A stretch of 63,268 bases of DNA, counting the filler, from Asterionella formosa (taxonomy: Eukaryota), in NCBI GenBank assembly GCA_002256025.1. It is 9 parts of 9 records of this genome, joined end to end, with 100 filler letters (N's around TTAATTAATTAA, not from the genome) between each part and the next. Parts side by side here need not be neighbours in the genome. Positions count along the whole stretch, not along the records: positions 56,345 to 63,268 come from NKIB01012573.1; 8 more parts are not named here. One strand, written 5' to 3'. Within the stretch, counting starts at the first letter, position 1. Every line of letters begins with the position of its first letter. Below the pieces are notes generated by a model. It searched no databases and had not been told where the DNA came from. It saw only the letters and a program-made list of their open reading frames with translations. Positions 61,623-63,268 of the stretch are shown piece after piece. Made by a program: the position numbers and the translations under genes.

Positions 61623-62804
61623 TTATGTAAACACACCTTCTGACTCGCCACGTGATCGAGATTTGGAACGCTTTGATCTGCCAGAGACAGATCGGGATCT
61701 CCTGGAGGGGTCACGACTCTTGCTGCGACTTGCAGACTTCCTGGACTTGTCGTCCCCACGGGAGCTTCTTGACGTCTGACGGTACTTGCGCTGAATAAGA
61801 GCTCGCCTTCGCCGACGGTTTGTGAAAAGAATTCCAGTAAACATGACAAACGAGATGATCAACAAGAATGCTCCAGCGACATACTTGAGTTTAGTACTCC
61901 ATGACTTTTGTCGGCTAGCCGAGCTTACTGAATGGCTCCGCCGTGCTGAAGACGAGGCACTGCCACGTCGGTTGGACATTGCTGAGTCGTCAGTACATAG
62001 CGCGCTGTCCAAGGATGAACAGCTTGCAGTGTTTGGAATCACATTCGTTGCAAAAGCATTGTCACCCCCATTGCTGGAAGAATACATACCAACGCAACTC
62101 TTGTAGTGTTTGAGATTGTAGTTTAGCTTGTCCAATGAGTTATAAGTGCCAACACTAGAGAGGCAATATGCGTCTTGAAAGATTTGGATAGAAAAGGTTC
62201 CGTCTGATGCGCAACCCACTCCAAGATATCCTTGATCAGTCTTCTCGCACATTGGGAGCTCATCAACGTTCCAGCCGTCAGTGCTGTCACTGTTGCTGTT
62301 AAACGGCGAATTAGCATCATATGCCTTTAGGTACCCAATGAACTCAGAAATACCAACGTTTGTCACAAACTTCACAATAGAAAAGGGTAAAATAGTGAGA
62401 ACACAAGGAAGTGGAAAAACATTGTGTTCACCAACAAGGCTGGCACTTACAGTTTCCCTGTAGGTATTGGAGTTGCAACCAACTGAGCTGGATGAATCCG
62501 ACGAATAGAGCGAAAAGGCAGCTTGAGGTCGTCTGCAGTTAGCCATTTGGTACCAGTAATAGGTACCATCTTGGCTGGATGATTGTAAACAGCCAGCTTC
62601 TTCCTCATCAGCGACGTAACCCCAGACACATCCTTCGAGCTTCATGGAAATCGAGGTTGCATCATATAACCAGTCTCGCTTATAGGAGTCGGAATAAATA
62701 GAATTATCGGACGTACTGCTACTGCTTCCCCAACTGTGAACATTGAGTACCATCGAGAATGCAATAAGAGCTTGCAATAACAATCGGTATGATTGGACCA
62801 TCAT
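61623..62804 (-). CDS. Silicanin-like type I membrane protein, join(62451..62804,61623..62369)
   Basis: Signal peptide, Cys-spaced luminal domain with YLGVGCASDGTFSIQIFQDAYC (like the Y-x-G-x2-C...G...F-x-D-x2-C block of silicanins), one TM helix and an R/S/K-rich tail. 81-nt GTAAGT...GAAG intron at 62370-62450. Confidence 0.6.
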   Translation of the reverse strand: MMVQSYRLLLQALIAFSMVLNVHSWGSSSSTSDNSIYSDSYKRDWLYDATSISMKLEGCVWGYVADEEEAGCLQSSSQDGTYYWYQMANCRRPQAAFSLYSSDSSSSVGCNSNTYRETVSASLVGEHNVFPLPCVLTILPFSIVKFVTNVGISEFIGYLKAYDANSPFNSNSDSTDGWNVDELPMCEKTDQGYLGVGCASDGTFSIQIFQDAYCLSSVGTYNSLDKLNYNLKHYKSCVGMYSSSNGGDNAFATNVIPNTASCSSLDSALCTDDSAMSNRRGSASSSARRSHSVSSASRQKSWSTKLKYVAGAFLLIISFVMFTGILFTNRRRRRALIQRKYRQTSRSSRGDDKSRKSASRSKSRDPSRRSRSVSGRSKRSKSRSRGESEGVFT

Positions 62805-63268
62805 GATTTCCGTCCTGGCGAAAAGTCAACAAGAAAAGTGTATATGGAAACAAACACGCTATTGCCAAGAATTCCCTTTCTCTCTTAACCACCTGTTCAC
62901 GAGTCCACTTCTGATCCAAAAGGCATAAAGTGCTCCTCTGAGAATCCACCAAGCAAAGGCAATAGCTACAGTTGATATGTAACAACAGTTTTGATCAGAT
63001 GGTGCAATGATTCGACACCAGGTTGGTAATGGAATCCCGTTGTGGATCTGGGAAACGCCGCGTCGGCTCAGCTGCCACAGCTCTTTTCGAATATAAAATG
63101 ATAATCATTCATGAATATATACATATTCACCAAGCTTCGCAAAAGAACCTGGATATCCACCACTCTTTTGTAGAGTACATTCAATTGTCCGCGGTATACC
63201 GGCAGTAAATATAGAGAAATATAACGTCCATGGATTCACCATTGCTCTAGGTGATTTCGGCGTTAAAT

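Overview
This is eukaryotic nuclear DNA, almost certainly from a diatom (CoDi-type Copia elements, CryptonS, a silicanin-like gene, a diatom-type class C GPCR, short GT-AG introns). It is not one locus. Eight identical 100-bp N44-TTAATTAATTAA-N44 spacers join nine contigs of near-monotonically falling length (6960, 6950, 6944, 6940, 6941, 6938, 6938, 6933, 6924 bp), so synteny across spacers means nothing. Roughly half is decayed transposons: CryptonS tyrosine-recombinase elements, a Plavaka/CMC-like element, three Ty1/Copia lineages, a pogo-like element and PIF/Harbinger elements. Host genes: a GABA-B-like Venus-flytrap receptor (partial), an ankyrin-repeat protein, a TM RING-H2 ligase, a GT10 fucosyltransferase, an ACR3 arsenite exporter, a NnrU-family protein, PAC3, a GNAT-like protein and a silicanin-like protein. 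Most interesting signals: (i) recurrent TA->TA(C/G/GC/CCGG/CCWGG)TA micro-insertions, demonstrable by comparing repeat copies, that stack into GGTACC-rich tracts; (ii) a loxP-like arm-core-arm site at CryptonS ends; (iii) three different primer-site architectures in three Copia lineages (Tf1-like self-priming, a fold-back palindrome, a tRNA-iMet-half PBS); (iv) a (CCCTAA)4-capped ORF1-like remnant abutting a dimeric satellite. All family assignments come from motif recognition by eye, not database searches.
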